This document shows, piece by piece, positions 1 through 10,757 of a DNA stretch of 64,000 bases. Position 1 is the first letter of the stretch; each line of letters begins with the position of its first letter. The position numbers and the translations under genes are program-made. The DNA is from Candidatus Pacearchaeota archaeon (lineage in GTDB: Archaea > Nanobdellota > Nanobdellia > UBA10117 > JAFCGI01), in NCBI GenBank assembly GCA_017608235.1, contig JAFCGI010000001.1, positions 74,651 to 138,650 of the forward strand, written 5' to 3'. Below the pieces are notes generated by a model. That model made no database searches and had not been told where the DNA came from. It was given only the letters and a program-made list of their open reading frames with translations.

Positions 1-861
1 TTTTCTTTTCTTAAGTATTTCTTCAATTTTTTTTAATTGTTCTAATCCCACTTTAGCTTGTAAATTTGTCAGGAAAGTAAAATTATCAGATGGTAAATTT
101 ATTTTATTTAAATTCCAATTTTCAAATTTGGTTTTTCTTTTAAAGAATGAAGATTTATTTCTAAATTTTTGAATTAAACCATATAACGCGTTATTATATA
201 TTAATGGACTTGCTAATAGTAATGCTAAAATTTTTAATTTCTTTTTAAATGGAGCTTTTTTAAATTTTTTATTCCTATATTTTTTTATTTTTTCAAAATA
301 CTCTTTATTGTTTGTAACCACTATCCCACCATCAAATGTAGTTATTTGTTTTGATATGTTAAAACTAAAAAAAGCTAAATCACCTAAAGTTCCTATTTTT
401 TTATTATTTATTTCAGATAATAAGCCTAAACAAGCATCCTCAATTATTAATATATTATTCCCAACTATTTTTCTAATTGCTATAATATCCATGGGATATC
501 CATACATATGAGTAGGAATTATAACTTTAGTATTTTTACTAATATTTTCCTTAATTTTTGTGAGTTCCATGTTGAAATTTTTTTTATTGATATCTATAAA
601 TACGGGCTTATTATTAGATAGAACTACAGCATTTGGCACTACAATGCAAGTATATGCAGGCATTAATATTTCTTTATTATTTATTTTAAGTGCTTTGAGA
701 ATTGAAAAAAGCCCAGATCTTCCATATGGAAAAGATATAGCATATTTTGCACCTATTTTATTAGCAAATTTTTGTTCAAATTCTCTGACAGCATTATTAT
801 TAAATTTAAATATAGCTAATATTTCTGAAAGTCCTATATCTGGTTTGATTATTGGATACAT
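1..861 (-). CDS. DegT/DnrJ/EryC1/StrS-family PLP-dependent sugar aminotransferase (runs off window start; not in the ORF track)
   Basis: Manual translation from ATG at 861: MYPIIKPDIG...EFEQKFA...GRSGL...PAYTC...IIPTHMYGYP...IIEDAC...FFSFNISKQITTFDGGIV. Confidence 0.88.
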   Translation of the reverse strand, partial: MYPIIKPDIGLSEILAIFKFNNNAVREFEQKFANKIGAKYAISFPYGRSGLFSILKALKINNKEILMPAYTCIVVPNAVVLSNNKPVFIDINKKNFNMELTKIKENISKNTKVIIPTHMYGYPMDIIAIRKIVGNNILIIEDACLGLLSEINNKKIGTLGDLAFFSFNISKQITTFDGGIVVTNNKEYFEKIKKYRNKKFKKAPFKKKLKILALLLASPLIYNNALYGLIQKFRNKSSFFKRKTKFENWNLNKINLPSDNFTFLTNLQAKVGLEQLKKIEEILKKRK

Positions 862-878
862 TTTTTATTAAATGGTTA

Positions 879-2036
879 CTAATTTTGTTTATTTTTGGTT
901 AAAATATCATCAAATACCTTTTTATGCTTTTTTGTATAAATATTCCACGTATATTTTTTTTCTAGTATTTTTCTTGAGTTTAAACTCATATTCTTTAAAA
1001 GTTTGTGATTATTTAATATTTGGATGATTTTTTTTGCAAATTCTTTATAGTTATGGTTTGTTACGAAACCATTTTTTCTATCTATTATAAAGTCTTTTGC
1101 AGCAGAAGTATTATATGTAACCACTGGAGTTCCTGAAGCTAATGCCTCACAATTTGCTATTCCAAATCCTTCAAATTTTGAAGTTAGAATAAATATATCT
1201 GCAGTTGCGTATAATTTTGGCAGTTCTTTTTCTTCTACAAATCCTAAAAAAATAATATTTTTTTCTAAATTGTATTTTTTAATAAGTAATTTTAGATTGG
1301 TTTCTTCTTTTCCTTTTCCTACTATTAATAGCCTTATATTAGGAAATTTTTTAGTGATTAGGGACATAGCTTTTATTTGGTCTGGTATGTTTTTTCTTTT
1401 ATTTAATCTAGAAACAGTTAATAAAAGGAAATCTTTTATTTTATATTTTTCTTTTATTTTTTTATCATATTTTTTAGGAGAAAAATATTTTTCATCAGTT
1501 CCTTGGAAGGCTATAATAATGTCTTTTCTTTTAGATATTTTTTCGACAAATTTTTTTTGTTCATTGCTAATTGCTATAACTTTATCAGCTTTTTTATATG
1601 CTCGTTTGAGAAAGGGTTTAATATATAATGGATTTTGGTCTTCTTTAATAATATCCATTCCCGTGCCTAAATGAAATTCTGTTATGATTAGGGGACATTT
1701 TGTTTTTTTCTTTAGCCAGCAAGAAATGAAATAGTTTGGAAAACCATAATTAATATGAATTAAATCATATTTTTTTGTTAGTAATAATTTTTTAATTTTT
1801 TTATATTCATACCACTGATATAATATAAATTTTGAAAATTTATTATTTACTTTTTTACCAACCCTATAAATATTTAAGTTATTAATTTTTTCAAATTTAT
1901 TTCCGCCTAAGTTAGGGGTAACTAAATCTATTTGATATTTATATTTATTTAGTCTTTTATAGAGCTCATCTACTGTTCTTTCAGCGCCCCCCATCATTGG
2001 GAAGTATGTTGGAGTGATTGCTAGTATTTTTTTCAT
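879..2036 (-). CDS. GT4 (GT-B) glycosyltransferase
   Basis: GGAE N-terminus, VSRL..RKN, ADIFILTSKFEGFGIANCEALASGTPVV motif. Confidence 0.93.
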   Translation of the reverse strand: MKKILAITPTYFPMMGGAERTVDELYKRLNKYKYQIDLVTPNLGGNKFEKINNLNIYRVGKKVNNKFSKFILYQWYEYKKIKKLLLTKKYDLIHINYGFPNYFISCWLKKKTKCPLIITEFHLGTGMDIIKEDQNPLYIKPFLKRAYKKADKVIAISNEQKKFVEKISKRKDIIIAFQGTDEKYFSPKKYDKKIKEKYKIKDFLLLTVSRLNKRKNIPDQIKAMSLITKKFPNIRLLIVGKGKEETNLKLLIKKYNLEKNIIFLGFVEEKELPKLYATADIFILTSKFEGFGIANCEALASGTPVVTYNTSAAKDFIIDRKNGFVTNHNYKEFAKKIIQILNNHKLLKNMSLNSRKILEKKYTWNIYTKKHKKVFDDILTKNKQN

Positions 2037-3105
2037 TTTTTATTATATCACAAATATATTTTATTTGTTCTTCTTTAAGGTCAATATGTGTTGGCAGTGT
2101 TACTCCTTTTTTTGCGATTATTTCTGAATTTGGAAATTCTGAAGAATCTAAGTATGGGCGCATTTTGTTTAATGGATAGAATACTTTTCTTGTTTCTACT
2201 TCTGCATTTTCTAATTTTTTGATTAAGTTATCTCTAGGTATATTATTTGCTAGTATGGAGAATAGCCAATAGACAGCTTTTGATTTTGAATTTATTTTTT
2301 GAAATTCTATACCAGGTATATTTTCTAATATTTCCTTATATATATGGACTATTTCATTTCTTTTTTTGATAAATTCATTGATTCTTTCTAATTGTGCTAG
2401 TCCGATTGCAGATTGTATATTTGTTAATCTATAATTATATCCAAGGATATCGTGCCAATATCTTTTTTCTTTAGACATCCCATGGTTTTTTAATAAGTTG
2501 ATATTATCAATTATTTCTTTATTATTTGAGGTGCACATTCCTCCTTCGCCAGTTGTTATTATTTTATTACCAAAAAAGCTAAAACATCCAATATGGCCTA
2601 TATTACCTATTTTTTTGTTTTTATATTCTGCACCATGAGCCTCCGCACAGTCTTCAATAATGTATAAGTTATGTTCGTTTGCAATTTCTATTATTTCATC
2701 CATTTCACAAGGATTTCCATAAAGATGTACTGGAATTATTGCTTTTGTTTTAGGAGTGATTTTCTTTTTAATCTCATTTGGACTAATATTCCATGACTTA
2801 CTATCAACATCAGTTAAGATTGGTTTTGCATTACAGTATTTTACTACATTTGCAGTAGTTGCGAAAGTTAGATTTGGTACTATAACTTCATCACTATCTT
2901 TAATATCTAACGCGAGTAATGCAAGATGTAATGCACTAGTTCCGCTGCTACAGCTACTAGCAAATTTACAATCACAAAATTCTGCAAATTTTTTTTCAAA
3001 TTTGCCTACGAATTTTCCATTGGAAGAGATCCAACCAGTATTAATACACTTATTTACATATGCTAATTCATTTCCTCTTAGATTTGGTTTTGCTATTGGA
3101 ATCAT
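1981..3105 (-). CDS. GDP-perosamine synthase-like DegT-family aminotransferase
   Basis: MIPIAKP, SSGTSALHLAL, IIEDCAEAHGA, FSFFGNKIITTGEGG; lies directly downstream of gmd. Confidence 0.9.
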   Translation of the reverse strand: MIPIAKPNLRGNELAYVNKCINTGWISSNGKFVGKFEKKFAEFCDCKFASSCSSGTSALHLALLALDIKDSDEVIVPNLTFATTANVVKYCNAKPILTDVDSKSWNISPNEIKKKITPKTKAIIPVHLYGNPCEMDEIIEIANEHNLYIIEDCAEAHGAEYKNKKIGNIGHIGCFSFFGNKIITTGEGGMCTSNNKEIIDNINLLKNHGMSKEKRYWHDILGYNYRLTNIQSAIGLAQLERINEFIKKRNEIVHIYKEILENIPGIEFQKINSKSKAVYWLFSILANNIPRDNLIKKLENAEVETRKVFYPLNKMRPYLDSSEFPNSEIIAKKGVTLPTHIDLKEEQIKYICDIIKNEKNTSNHSNILPNDGGR

Positions 3106-4157
3106 TTTATATTATTTTTAGAGTGTCTTTTCAAAATAGTTATGTTGTCTGGGAAACTTGGTGCATCCCAAGCAAAACTTTCACCTGCTAAGAAATTCTC
3201 CCATCTTTTTATATCTGCATTGACCATTACTTTTACTAATTCTGCGAAGGTAGTTTTACAATTCCAATTAAGATTATTTTTTATTTTTGAGGGATCTCCA
3301 CATAGAAGGTTGACATCGTGAGGGCGCACAAATATTTTATCAGTTTTAACAAAATCATCAGCGTTTAAATTGGCTTGTTTGAATGCTTCATTGACAAATT
3401 CTCTAACTGAATGAGTTTCACCAGTTGCAACTACAAAATCATCTGGTTTTTCTTGCTGTAACATTCTCCACATAGCCTCAACGTATTCGGGTGCGAAGCC
3501 CCAATCTCTTTTTGCATCTAAATTTCCTAAAACGAGCTCTTTTTGTAAACCTAGTTTTATTTTGGCTACAGCATTAGTTATTTTTCTTGTTACAAATTCT
3601 AATCCTCTTAGGGGTGATTCATGATTAAATAATATACCATTGCACGCAAATAATCCATATCCTTCCCTGTAGATTCTTGTATTATGAAATGATAAGAGTT
3701 TAGCTGCTGCATAAGGAGAATTTGGACAGAAGACTGTATTTTCATTTTGTATGTTTTCGGCTACAGTACCATATAGTTCACTAGTTGATGCCTGGTAAAA
3801 TTTAATGTCTTTATTAATATGTCTTATTATTTCTAATATTCTTGTTGCTCCGCTGCCATCTATTTCAGTAGTTAATAATGGTTGATCAAAAGATGCTCCC
3901 ACATAACTTTGTGCAGCAAGATTATATATTTCATCTGGATCAGATACGCTGATTGCTTCGAATAATGAAGACATGTCTGCCATATCTGCAGGTATTAGTG
4001 TTATTTTATCAAGAACATTAAGATATTGTAATCTCCAAAAGTTAGGACTGGAGACTCTCCTATAAGTTCCATAAACAGAATATCCTTTTTCTATTAATAG
4101 TTTAGCTAGATATGCGCCATCTTGTCCTGTAATACCTGTTATAAGTGCTTTTTTCAT
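3102..4157 (-). CDS. gmd: GDP-mannose 4,6-dehydratase
   Basis: ALITGITGQDGAYLA, YNLAAQSYV, FYQASTSELYG, SPYAAAK, LFNHESPLRG..FVTRKI, GNLDAKRDWG. Confidence 0.97.
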   Translation of the reverse strand: MKKALITGITGQDGAYLAKLLIEKGYSVYGTYRRVSSPNFWRLQYLNVLDKITLIPADMADMSSLFEAISVSDPDEIYNLAAQSYVGASFDQPLLTTEIDGSGATRILEIIRHINKDIKFYQASTSELYGTVAENIQNENTVFCPNSPYAAAKLLSFHNTRIYREGYGLFACNGILFNHESPLRGLEFVTRKITNAVAKIKLGLQKELVLGNLDAKRDWGFAPEYVEAMWRMLQQEKPDDFVVATGETHSVREFVNEAFKQANLNADDFVKTDKIFVRPHDVNLLCGDPSKIKNNLNWNCKTTFAELVKVMVNADIKRWENFLAGESFAWDAPSFPDNITILKRHSKNNIK

Positions 4158-4424
4158 TTTTATTCTCCTGATTGGTTTAATAATTATTAGATGATTTAGA
4201 GAATATGGCTGATATTATAAATATTGTGGTAATTAATTATTTATTATTTTTTAGGACTTATTTCTTTAGTTTATTTATTTTAAGGGTAGTAAATAGGATG
4301 ATTGTGAAAATAAATAAAAAATTCAATTTAAATAAAGATTTTGTATTGAGGATATTATAATATATTTGAAATGTTATGTCAAAATATTTTATTTTTGAAT
4401 GAAATTTTATTATTTTTAATATCA

Positions 4425-4564
4425 TATTTATTATTGGCCGTTTTTTTACAATATATACAAATTAATCTACCTTCAATTATTTCTTTATTATGTGAATAGA
4501 ATTCTTTTATTCTTAGATTTTTTTACATCGAATACAATTAATATTATAGATGTTCTTTTCTCAT
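4425..4564 (-). pseudogene. Decayed Trm112-like (CxxC...CxxC) gene remnant
   Basis: ATG overlaps the asnB stop (ATGA). Pieces read MRKEHL*/NCIRCKK/NLRIKEFYSHNKEIIEGRLICIYCKK/RPIIN, broken by a stop and frameshifts at poly-A runs. Confidence 0.5.
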
Positions 4565-6342
4565 TTTTTTTCAAAAACTTCTTTATACCACATTTCAAAA
4601 ACTAATATACTCCAAAGTTTTTGAGCTAATATAAAATTTAATTTATAATTTTTATTAGATTTTTTTCTGATTTTTTTAATTAAAAAATATATGTATTCTT
4701 TATTATATAACTTATGATTACTTTGGTCTAGTAATTTCTTAAGTTTTAATCCTAGATTATCCTTAAACCAATAGTCAATAGGTACATCGAAACCATGTTT
4801 TTTGCGATTTATAATCTTTTTTGGTAGTTTGTTTTTAAATGTTTGCTTAAGGATATATTTTTCATTTAGTAATTTAAGTTTATATTTTAAAGGAATAGAA
4901 AAAGCAAATTCAACGAGTTCGTGATCTAAGAAGGGAACTCTTTGTTCTAAACCGAATGCAGAGCTCATTTTATCACATTTCATGAAAAAATCATTTGGAA
5001 GAAGAGTATTAATGTCGAATTCTTGTGCATTTATTAAAGAATTTTTATATTTTTCTTTCCAAAATTTATTTCCATTAAATTTTTTTATTTTTAATTTTTC
5101 TAATTCTTCATCATCAAATAATCTGATTACTTCAAAGAAAGCTGCATAATTATTTTTCCCTTCCATTTTTTTAATTCTTTTAAGTATGTCATTTTTGGAG
5201 TTAAACAATGCTAGATTTCTTAATGATAATCCATATTTATATAATTTATATCTATCATATCCACAAAAAACTTCATCTCCGCCATCTCCGCTTAAAACTA
5301 CTTTATTATATTTACTTGTTTCTCTAGATAGGATAAATATAGGTAAAAATCCTGGATCTCCAATAGGTTCATCCATATAATAAATCATTTGTTCTAAGTA
5401 ATCTAGCATATTTAGTTTATTTATTTTAAATTCATAATGTTGTGTATTTAAGTGATTAGAAATTATTTTTGCAAAAGGAAGCTCATTTGTAGTATCAAAT
5501 CCTATAGAAAAAGTATTTAGCTTTTTATTGTGTTTTTTTGCTAAGTAAGTAATTATTGAACTATCTATCCCTCCAGATAAAAAACAGGCAACAGGGACAT
5601 CAGCAACCATTCTTCGTTTAATTGATTTTTCAAATGTTTTTTCTAGTTTATTTTCATAATATTTTAGTGGTTTATTTTTAATTATCTGTTTTTTTAGCCA
5701 ATAATATTTAGAATATTTTTTTATTTTTTTATTTTTAAGATCATATATCATATAATATGCTGGTTTAAATTTTAAAATATCTTTTATAAGTGTTTTTTCT
5801 CCCAGTGTAAATCTAAAGTTAAAGAATTGACTTAGTGCTTCTTTGTCTATTTCTTTTTTATCTAAGAAGTCTAATAATGCTTTTATTTCAGAACTAAAAA
5901 TAATTTTTTTGTTTTTGTTAATAAAATACAAGGGTTTAATTCCGAATCTATCTCTTGCTAAAAATAGCTCTTTTTTATTTTTATTATATATGCAGAAAGC
6001 AAATTGTCCATTAAATTTGTTTAAACATGTACTTCCCCATTTATCATAAGCAGCTAGGATAACTTCGGTGTCTGATTTAGATTTGAATTTATATTCTTGC
6101 AGATCTTTTTTTAATTCTTTATAATTATATATTTCACCATTAAATGAAATAACATACCCAAATGCAGACATAGGTTGGTGACCTTTTTTAGACAGATCTA
6201 TTATTGATAATCTTGTGTGGCCTAAGCTAATATTATTATCTGTAAAACTTCCAATATCATCTGGACCCCTATGTATTAATATTTTTGTTTGTTTATTAAT
6301 TAATTTAGAGTTTTTCCAATTAAAGCCAATTATACCACACAT
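4561..6342 (-). CDS. asnB: Glutamine-hydrolysing asparagine synthase-family amidotransferase (likely sugar amidation)
   Basis: MCGI Ntn N-terminus, HRGPD, FNGEIYN, RDRFGIKPLY, LSGGIDSS, LSGDGGDE, RVPFLD. Confidence 0.92.
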   Translation of the reverse strand: MCGIIGFNWKNSKLINKQTKILIHRGPDDIGSFTDNNISLGHTRLSIIDLSKKGHQPMSAFGYVISFNGEIYNYKELKKDLQEYKFKSKSDTEVILAAYDKWGSTCLNKFNGQFAFCIYNKNKKELFLARDRFGIKPLYFINKNKKIIFSSEIKALLDFLDKKEIDKEALSQFFNFRFTLGEKTLIKDILKFKPAYYMIYDLKNKKIKKYSKYYWLKKQIIKNKPLKYYENKLEKTFEKSIKRRMVADVPVACFLSGGIDSSIITYLAKKHNKKLNTFSIGFDTTNELPFAKIISNHLNTQHYEFKINKLNMLDYLEQMIYYMDEPIGDPGFLPIFILSRETSKYNKVVLSGDGGDEVFCGYDRYKLYKYGLSLRNLALFNSKNDILKRIKKMEGKNNYAAFFEVIRLFDDEELEKLKIKKFNGNKFWKEKYKNSLINAQEFDINTLLPNDFFMKCDKMSSAFGLEQRVPFLDHELVEFAFSIPLKYKLKLLNEKYILKQTFKNKLPKKIINRKKHGFDVPIDYWFKDNLGLKLKKLLDQSNHKLYNKEYIYFLIKKIRKKSNKNYKLNFILAQKLWSILVFEMWYKEVFEKK

Positions 6343-7451
6343 TCTAAAATTACCTTATATTTTTTAATTGTATTTTTCCAAGAAAATTTTTTGAGATTTA
6401 TTTTATATTTTTTATTACTTTTTAATATGTTTTTTATATGATCTCCATATTTTTTAATTGATGATGTGTTTTTTATTATTTCATTTGCACCCTCATGTTC
6501 TGTTGCTATAGGAGTACATCCACAATATATTGCTTGAAGTAAGGAATTTGATAGACCTCCTCCAGGATAAGAGGAATGAAGATAATAATCACATGATTTC
6601 ATTATACTTATGGTTTCTTTGAATTTTTTTTTGCCTAGAAAGAAAATTGTTTTATTTAATTCTTTATTTGCAAGTTTCTTTAGTCTTTTTTCATCTTCAC
6701 CATATCCTATAATTAGAAATACTATCTTTTTGCTTATATTTTCAGGTAGATTTTTTATTGCAGATATAGAATTTTCTACTCCTTTCCATTTATATAATCT
6801 TCCTGCGAATAATAATTTTATTTTATTTTTATATTTTTCATTGATTTCTTTATTTGGTGTAATCTTGTCTATGTATTTGAAGTCTATACCTCTATAAATT
6901 AAATGTGTTTTTTTGTTTTTAACAAATTTTTTAACAAATTTTTTAACAGCTTTTGATATTACGATTATTTTGTCTGCTTTTTTAAATATTAATTTTCCAA
7001 TTATTAAATCATAATATTTAGCAAGAAAATTTTTTATTTTTGAGTCTAATTGTATAAAACTACTTCCATGCTCAACATGGATTAATTTTGTTTTGTCTAG
7101 TTTCCATTTAGCAAGAATATATCCAAGGAAAGTATTTGAAAAAAATCTTGTTCTAGTCATTACAATATCAAATTTTTCTTTTTTTATGTTTTTCCATGTT
7201 TTCCAAAATTTTACACTCCAGAATTTTGGAATTGGATAGTTTGAAATTAATTCAAATGCAGGATATCGTATTATATTTACTTTATCCCATCTTATTTCTT
7301 TTTCTTTTGCATATTTTGGAATTTTAGGAGCAAATATTGTTATTTTATAATTTTTATATTTTGATAGGTATTTTGTAAATTCATCAACATGGGTTTCTAA
7401 TCCACCAATATGGGGAATATAATATCCTGGAAAAATTATTAGTTTAATCAT
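6330..7451 (-). CDS. GT4 glycosyltransferase
   Basis: PHIGGLE, FAGRLYKWKG; variant donor motif SSYPGGGLSNSLLQA. Confidence 0.85.
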   Translation of the reverse strand: MIKLIIFPGYYIPHIGGLETHVDEFTKYLSKYKNYKITIFAPKIPKYAKEKEIRWDKVNIIRYPAFELISNYPIPKFWSVKFWKTWKNIKKEKFDIVMTRTRFFSNTFLGYILAKWKLDKTKLIHVEHGSSFIQLDSKIKNFLAKYYDLIIGKLIFKKADKIIVISKAVKKFVKKFVKNKKTHLIYRGIDFKYIDKITPNKEINEKYKNKIKLLFAGRLYKWKGVENSISAIKNLPENISKKIVFLIIGYGEDEKRLKKLANKELNKTIFFLGKKKFKETISIMKSCDYYLHSSYPGGGLSNSLLQAIYCGCTPIATEHEGANEIIKNTSSIKKYGDHIKNILKSNKKYKINLKKFSWKNTIKKYKVILECVV

Positions 7452-7492
7452 TTTGTTCTGAAATAAGATAAAATTTAAAAAACCTATGAAAT

Positions 7493-9352
7493 TTAATCTG
7501 TTTTGATTTTATATAATTTTGCTATTTTTTGATTATCTTCTTTATAATTCCATATTTCTTCTAAATATGCATTTAGATTTGGGTTCCAAGGACTAGTAAA
7601 ATTATGATAATTTTCTGGAGAAATATATAGTAATTTTTTCTTTTTCATATGTTCACTATTTCTATTTGCAGGATCATAAGAACCATAATAATTAATATAT
7701 TTTATATTGTATTTTTCTAAAAGCTTTTGGTTTTCTATAGTATCATCTATAACTAATGGATCAAATAAATTTATAATATTTCCTTTTTCATCAAATTGAT
7801 ATTCACTATTTATCCAATAATTATCCCAGTAAAGAAATTTTATATTATTTTTTTTAATTAATTCTAGACTTTTTTGTGTATTATTCCCATAAAGGATAAT
7901 TGCTACTTCTTCTTGAAGAGTTAGATGATCTAAAAAAGGACTTTGATGAGTAGGTCTAAATGCTATTGTTTTTCTTCCGGATAGTGCAAAAACGCTAAAA
8001 CTTAATTCATTAGTTGATAATATAATATCTGTGGTATTTGTATTTTTTTGTAAATAATTTGTTAGTTCTTTATAATGAGTAGGTAATTCGCTTTTTCCTA
8101 CTCTAATCCATTGATTTTCTAATGCTCCATTTATTCCAGATATAATAATTCCTATTACTAGAATTATTAGTCCTATATTTGAAACTATTTTAAATATTTT
8201 AGATTTGTTTGATAATAGTATTAATAATTTATCGAATAAAAAGAACGCACAAAGAAGTATTAATGGACTTAATAATACCATATTCATATAATGTGGTTGA
8301 AAAAGCATGTTAAAGAGAGCTAATGTTACAAAATAATGAAGGAAAATTAAGGTGTTAAGTATTAAGAATAATTTTAAGAATTTTAGCTTTGAATAACTTG
8401 AAATTTGAGTATTAAAAATTTGAGTATCAATGCTATTAGATTTTTTAATTCTGATTATTATTAAACTGAAAAATCCAATACAAATTATTAAAGATATGAT
8501 ACTGCTTTTGAAATTGTTAAAATTGAAAAATATGTTTTTTATTGTATCTGTAAGAAAAACAAATTTGTATGATGCAATATTTAGATATTTATAACTCATA
8601 TCATAAGTTTGAGCTTTATATATTGTTAGTGGTTTGAACCAATATAATAAGCTAATTGGAACTGTAATTAATAAAAATATACTAGTTTTTTTAATAAGTT
8701 CTAAATATATTTGTAAGTCTCTAATTTTGAATTTTTGAGTTTTCTTAATTAGAATGTAGCTAAGGAGAAATATAGTATTAAAAAAAGCCATAATAGCTAA
8801 TGTCCCATGAGCAGTCATAATTATTCCAGTAATTATAGCAAGTTGTATTATATTTTTGTAATTAAATTTAGTGAATAATTTAAACATAGAATAAATAAAT
8901 AGAGGTGTTAAGACAGCTATGGTAAAACTAGTATGTTTCATAATTGGAAAAAAAGAAATGCTTATACTAAGAGCTAATAATATTAATAATTTATTCTTTA
9001 AAAATTGATTATACAACAAGTAGTAAGAAAATAGACTTAATAAAGCCAGTATTAATGAAAAAAAAATTATAGATTTAATGTGTGTTAATCCAAATATAAT
9101 TCCGAATAAGGAAGTTATCCATGCATAAAATGGTAGATATAATGATGGGATATTTTCATTATTACATCCAGAAAAGATATTATGACTATATTGATAGTCT
9201 GCTACGCAACCAGCACTCATATAAATATCTCCACCATATATAGGAGAAGGTAGTTGCTTCATAACGAATATATTAGATATGAAGAAAAAAACCAATATTA
9301 TTATAAGTGGAAGTAATAATATAATTACATTTATTTTGTTATGTTCGTTCAA
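7493..9352 (-). CDS. Polytopic membrane protein, GT-C-like; paralogue of 15823-17664
   Basis: About 11 TM segments, LPSPIYGGDIY loop after TM1, soluble C-terminal domain; located in glycan locus. Confidence 0.55.
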   Translation of the reverse strand: MNEHNKINVIILLLPLIIILVFFFISNIFVMKQLPSPIYGGDIYMSAGCVADYQYSHNIFSGCNNENIPSLYLPFYAWITSLFGIIFGLTHIKSIIFFSLILALLSLFSYYLLYNQFLKNKLLILLALSISISFFPIMKHTSFTIAVLTPLFIYSMFKLFTKFNYKNIIQLAIITGIIMTAHGTLAIMAFFNTIFLLSYILIKKTQKFKIRDLQIYLELIKKTSIFLLITVPISLLYWFKPLTIYKAQTYDMSYKYLNIASYKFVFLTDTIKNIFFNFNNFKSSIISLIICIGFFSLIIIRIKKSNSIDTQIFNTQISSYSKLKFLKLFLILNTLIFLHYFVTLALFNMLFQPHYMNMVLLSPLILLCAFFLFDKLLILLSNKSKIFKIVSNIGLIILVIGIIISGINGALENQWIRVGKSELPTHYKELTNYLQKNTNTTDIILSTNELSFSVFALSGRKTIAFRPTHQSPFLDHLTLQEEVAIILYGNNTQKSLELIKKNNIKFLYWDNYWINSEYQFDEKGNIINLFDPLVIDDTIENQKLLEKYNIKYINYYGSYDPANRNSEHMKKKKLLYISPENYHNFTSPWNPNLNAYLEEIWNYKEDNQKIAKLYKIKTD

Positions 9353-10650
9353 ATATTTTTTTTATTCTTAATAAAAAATAAAAATCTATATCTAGATTTT
9401 AAAGCTAATAAAGTATATTTAATTAATTTAGTTAATCTAAAATAAAAATGTTTCTCCATCATAATTTTTATTTCATAAGGTGATTTTTTCTTAATATCTA
9501 TCATACCTAAACTACTAGAACAATCTAAATTTTCTATTTCTTTTATTTTTTTCTCTTGTCTGAATATAGACCCTAGTCTTGGAACTAAAACATTTATTGA
9601 TAAGTAGTCAGGATCTAATTTAAAAATTAATTTAATAGTTTTTTGAATATTATTATAAGTTTCTGAAGGAAAGCCAAGGATAAAACTATTAAGAGTTTCA
9701 ATTTTCAATTTTTTTGTTAATCTCATTGTTTTAATAGCATTTTCTATTTTAAATCCCTTATGCATTAAATCTAGAGTTTTTTTATTTCCAGATTCAATTC
9801 CATAGAATACCAGATAGCATCCTGCTTTTTTCATTAATTTTAAAATTTTTTGATTAACAGTATCGACTCTTGGCTCACAACTAAATTTAATGTTTATTTT
9901 TTTGTTTATTAAGAAATTTAAAATTTTTTCTGTATTTGGTAATGAAAATGTAAAATCTCTAAAGTAAAATTCTTTTATATTTGTTTTTTTAATATATTCT
10001 ATATCTTTAAATACTTCATCTAAATCTCTATATTTAAATCCTAATTTATTTGAATTACAGAATTTACATCCAAAAGCACATCCATAATTAGTTAATAAAC
10101 AAGTTATAGGATATAATGAATAAGGCATATGATATTTATATTTAATAAATAGCTTATGTTGAGGTATTCCAATTGAAAAAGTTTTATTTTTTCCAAAACC
10201 TATTATTTTCTTTTTATTTTCTTTTTCTATTATCTGTTTAATTTCTTTTTTTTGAGTAAAATCTTGAATGATATAATCTATTTCTTTTATATTAGCAAGT
10301 CTTTTTGGTATAAATGAAGCAATATCTCCAGATACACTGATTTTAGTGTTAATTTCTTTTTTAATTTCTTTTATAATTGAAATATCTTCTTTTTCAGAAA
10401 TTGATGAAATTAGCATGAAAATAAAATCTGGATTAATTTTTTTAATTTTTTTAATTGTAGCAGATATATTTAATTTTTCTTTTATTGCATCAATATAATA
10501 AGTTTTATTTCCTCTTATTATTCCGCTTATAGCTAATAAATCAATTGGGGGCCAGGAATAGTCTCCTTTACAAGAATGAGGACATGAATAATCTCTTAAT
10601 AAATTATTATTTTTTTGTGGAGGATTTAGTAATAATATTTTAGTTTGCAT
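9349..10650 (-). CDS. B12-binding-domain radical SAM protein
   Basis: CAFGCKFC (CxxxCxxC), N-terminal LLLNPP..PPIDL, GIESG, ILGFPSET. Confidence 0.9.
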   Translation of the reverse strand: MQTKILLLNPPQKNNNLLRDYSCPHSCKGDYSWPPIDLLAISGIIRGNKTYYIDAIKEKLNISATIKKIKKINPDFIFMLISSISEKEDISIIKEIKKEINTKISVSGDIASFIPKRLANIKEIDYIIQDFTQKKEIKQIIEKENKKKIIGFGKNKTFSIGIPQHKLFIKYKYHMPYSLYPITCLLTNYGCAFGCKFCNSNKLGFKYRDLDEVFKDIEYIKKTNIKEFYFRDFTFSLPNTEKILNFLINKKINIKFSCEPRVDTVNQKILKLMKKAGCYLVFYGIESGNKKTLDLMHKGFKIENAIKTMRLTKKLKIETLNSFILGFPSETYNNIQKTIKLIFKLDPDYLSINVLVPRLGSIFRQEKKIKEIENLDCSSSLGMIDIKKKSPYEIKIMMEKHFYFRLTKLIKYTLLALKSRYRFLFFIKNKKNI

Positions 10651-10757
10651 TCTTTATATTTTTCATATAGTTAAAGCTATTAAAAGTATTATTAAATTGT
10701 ATTATATGTAATTAATAGTAGAAAATATTAAAAGATTAATCAATCAATCACATATAG

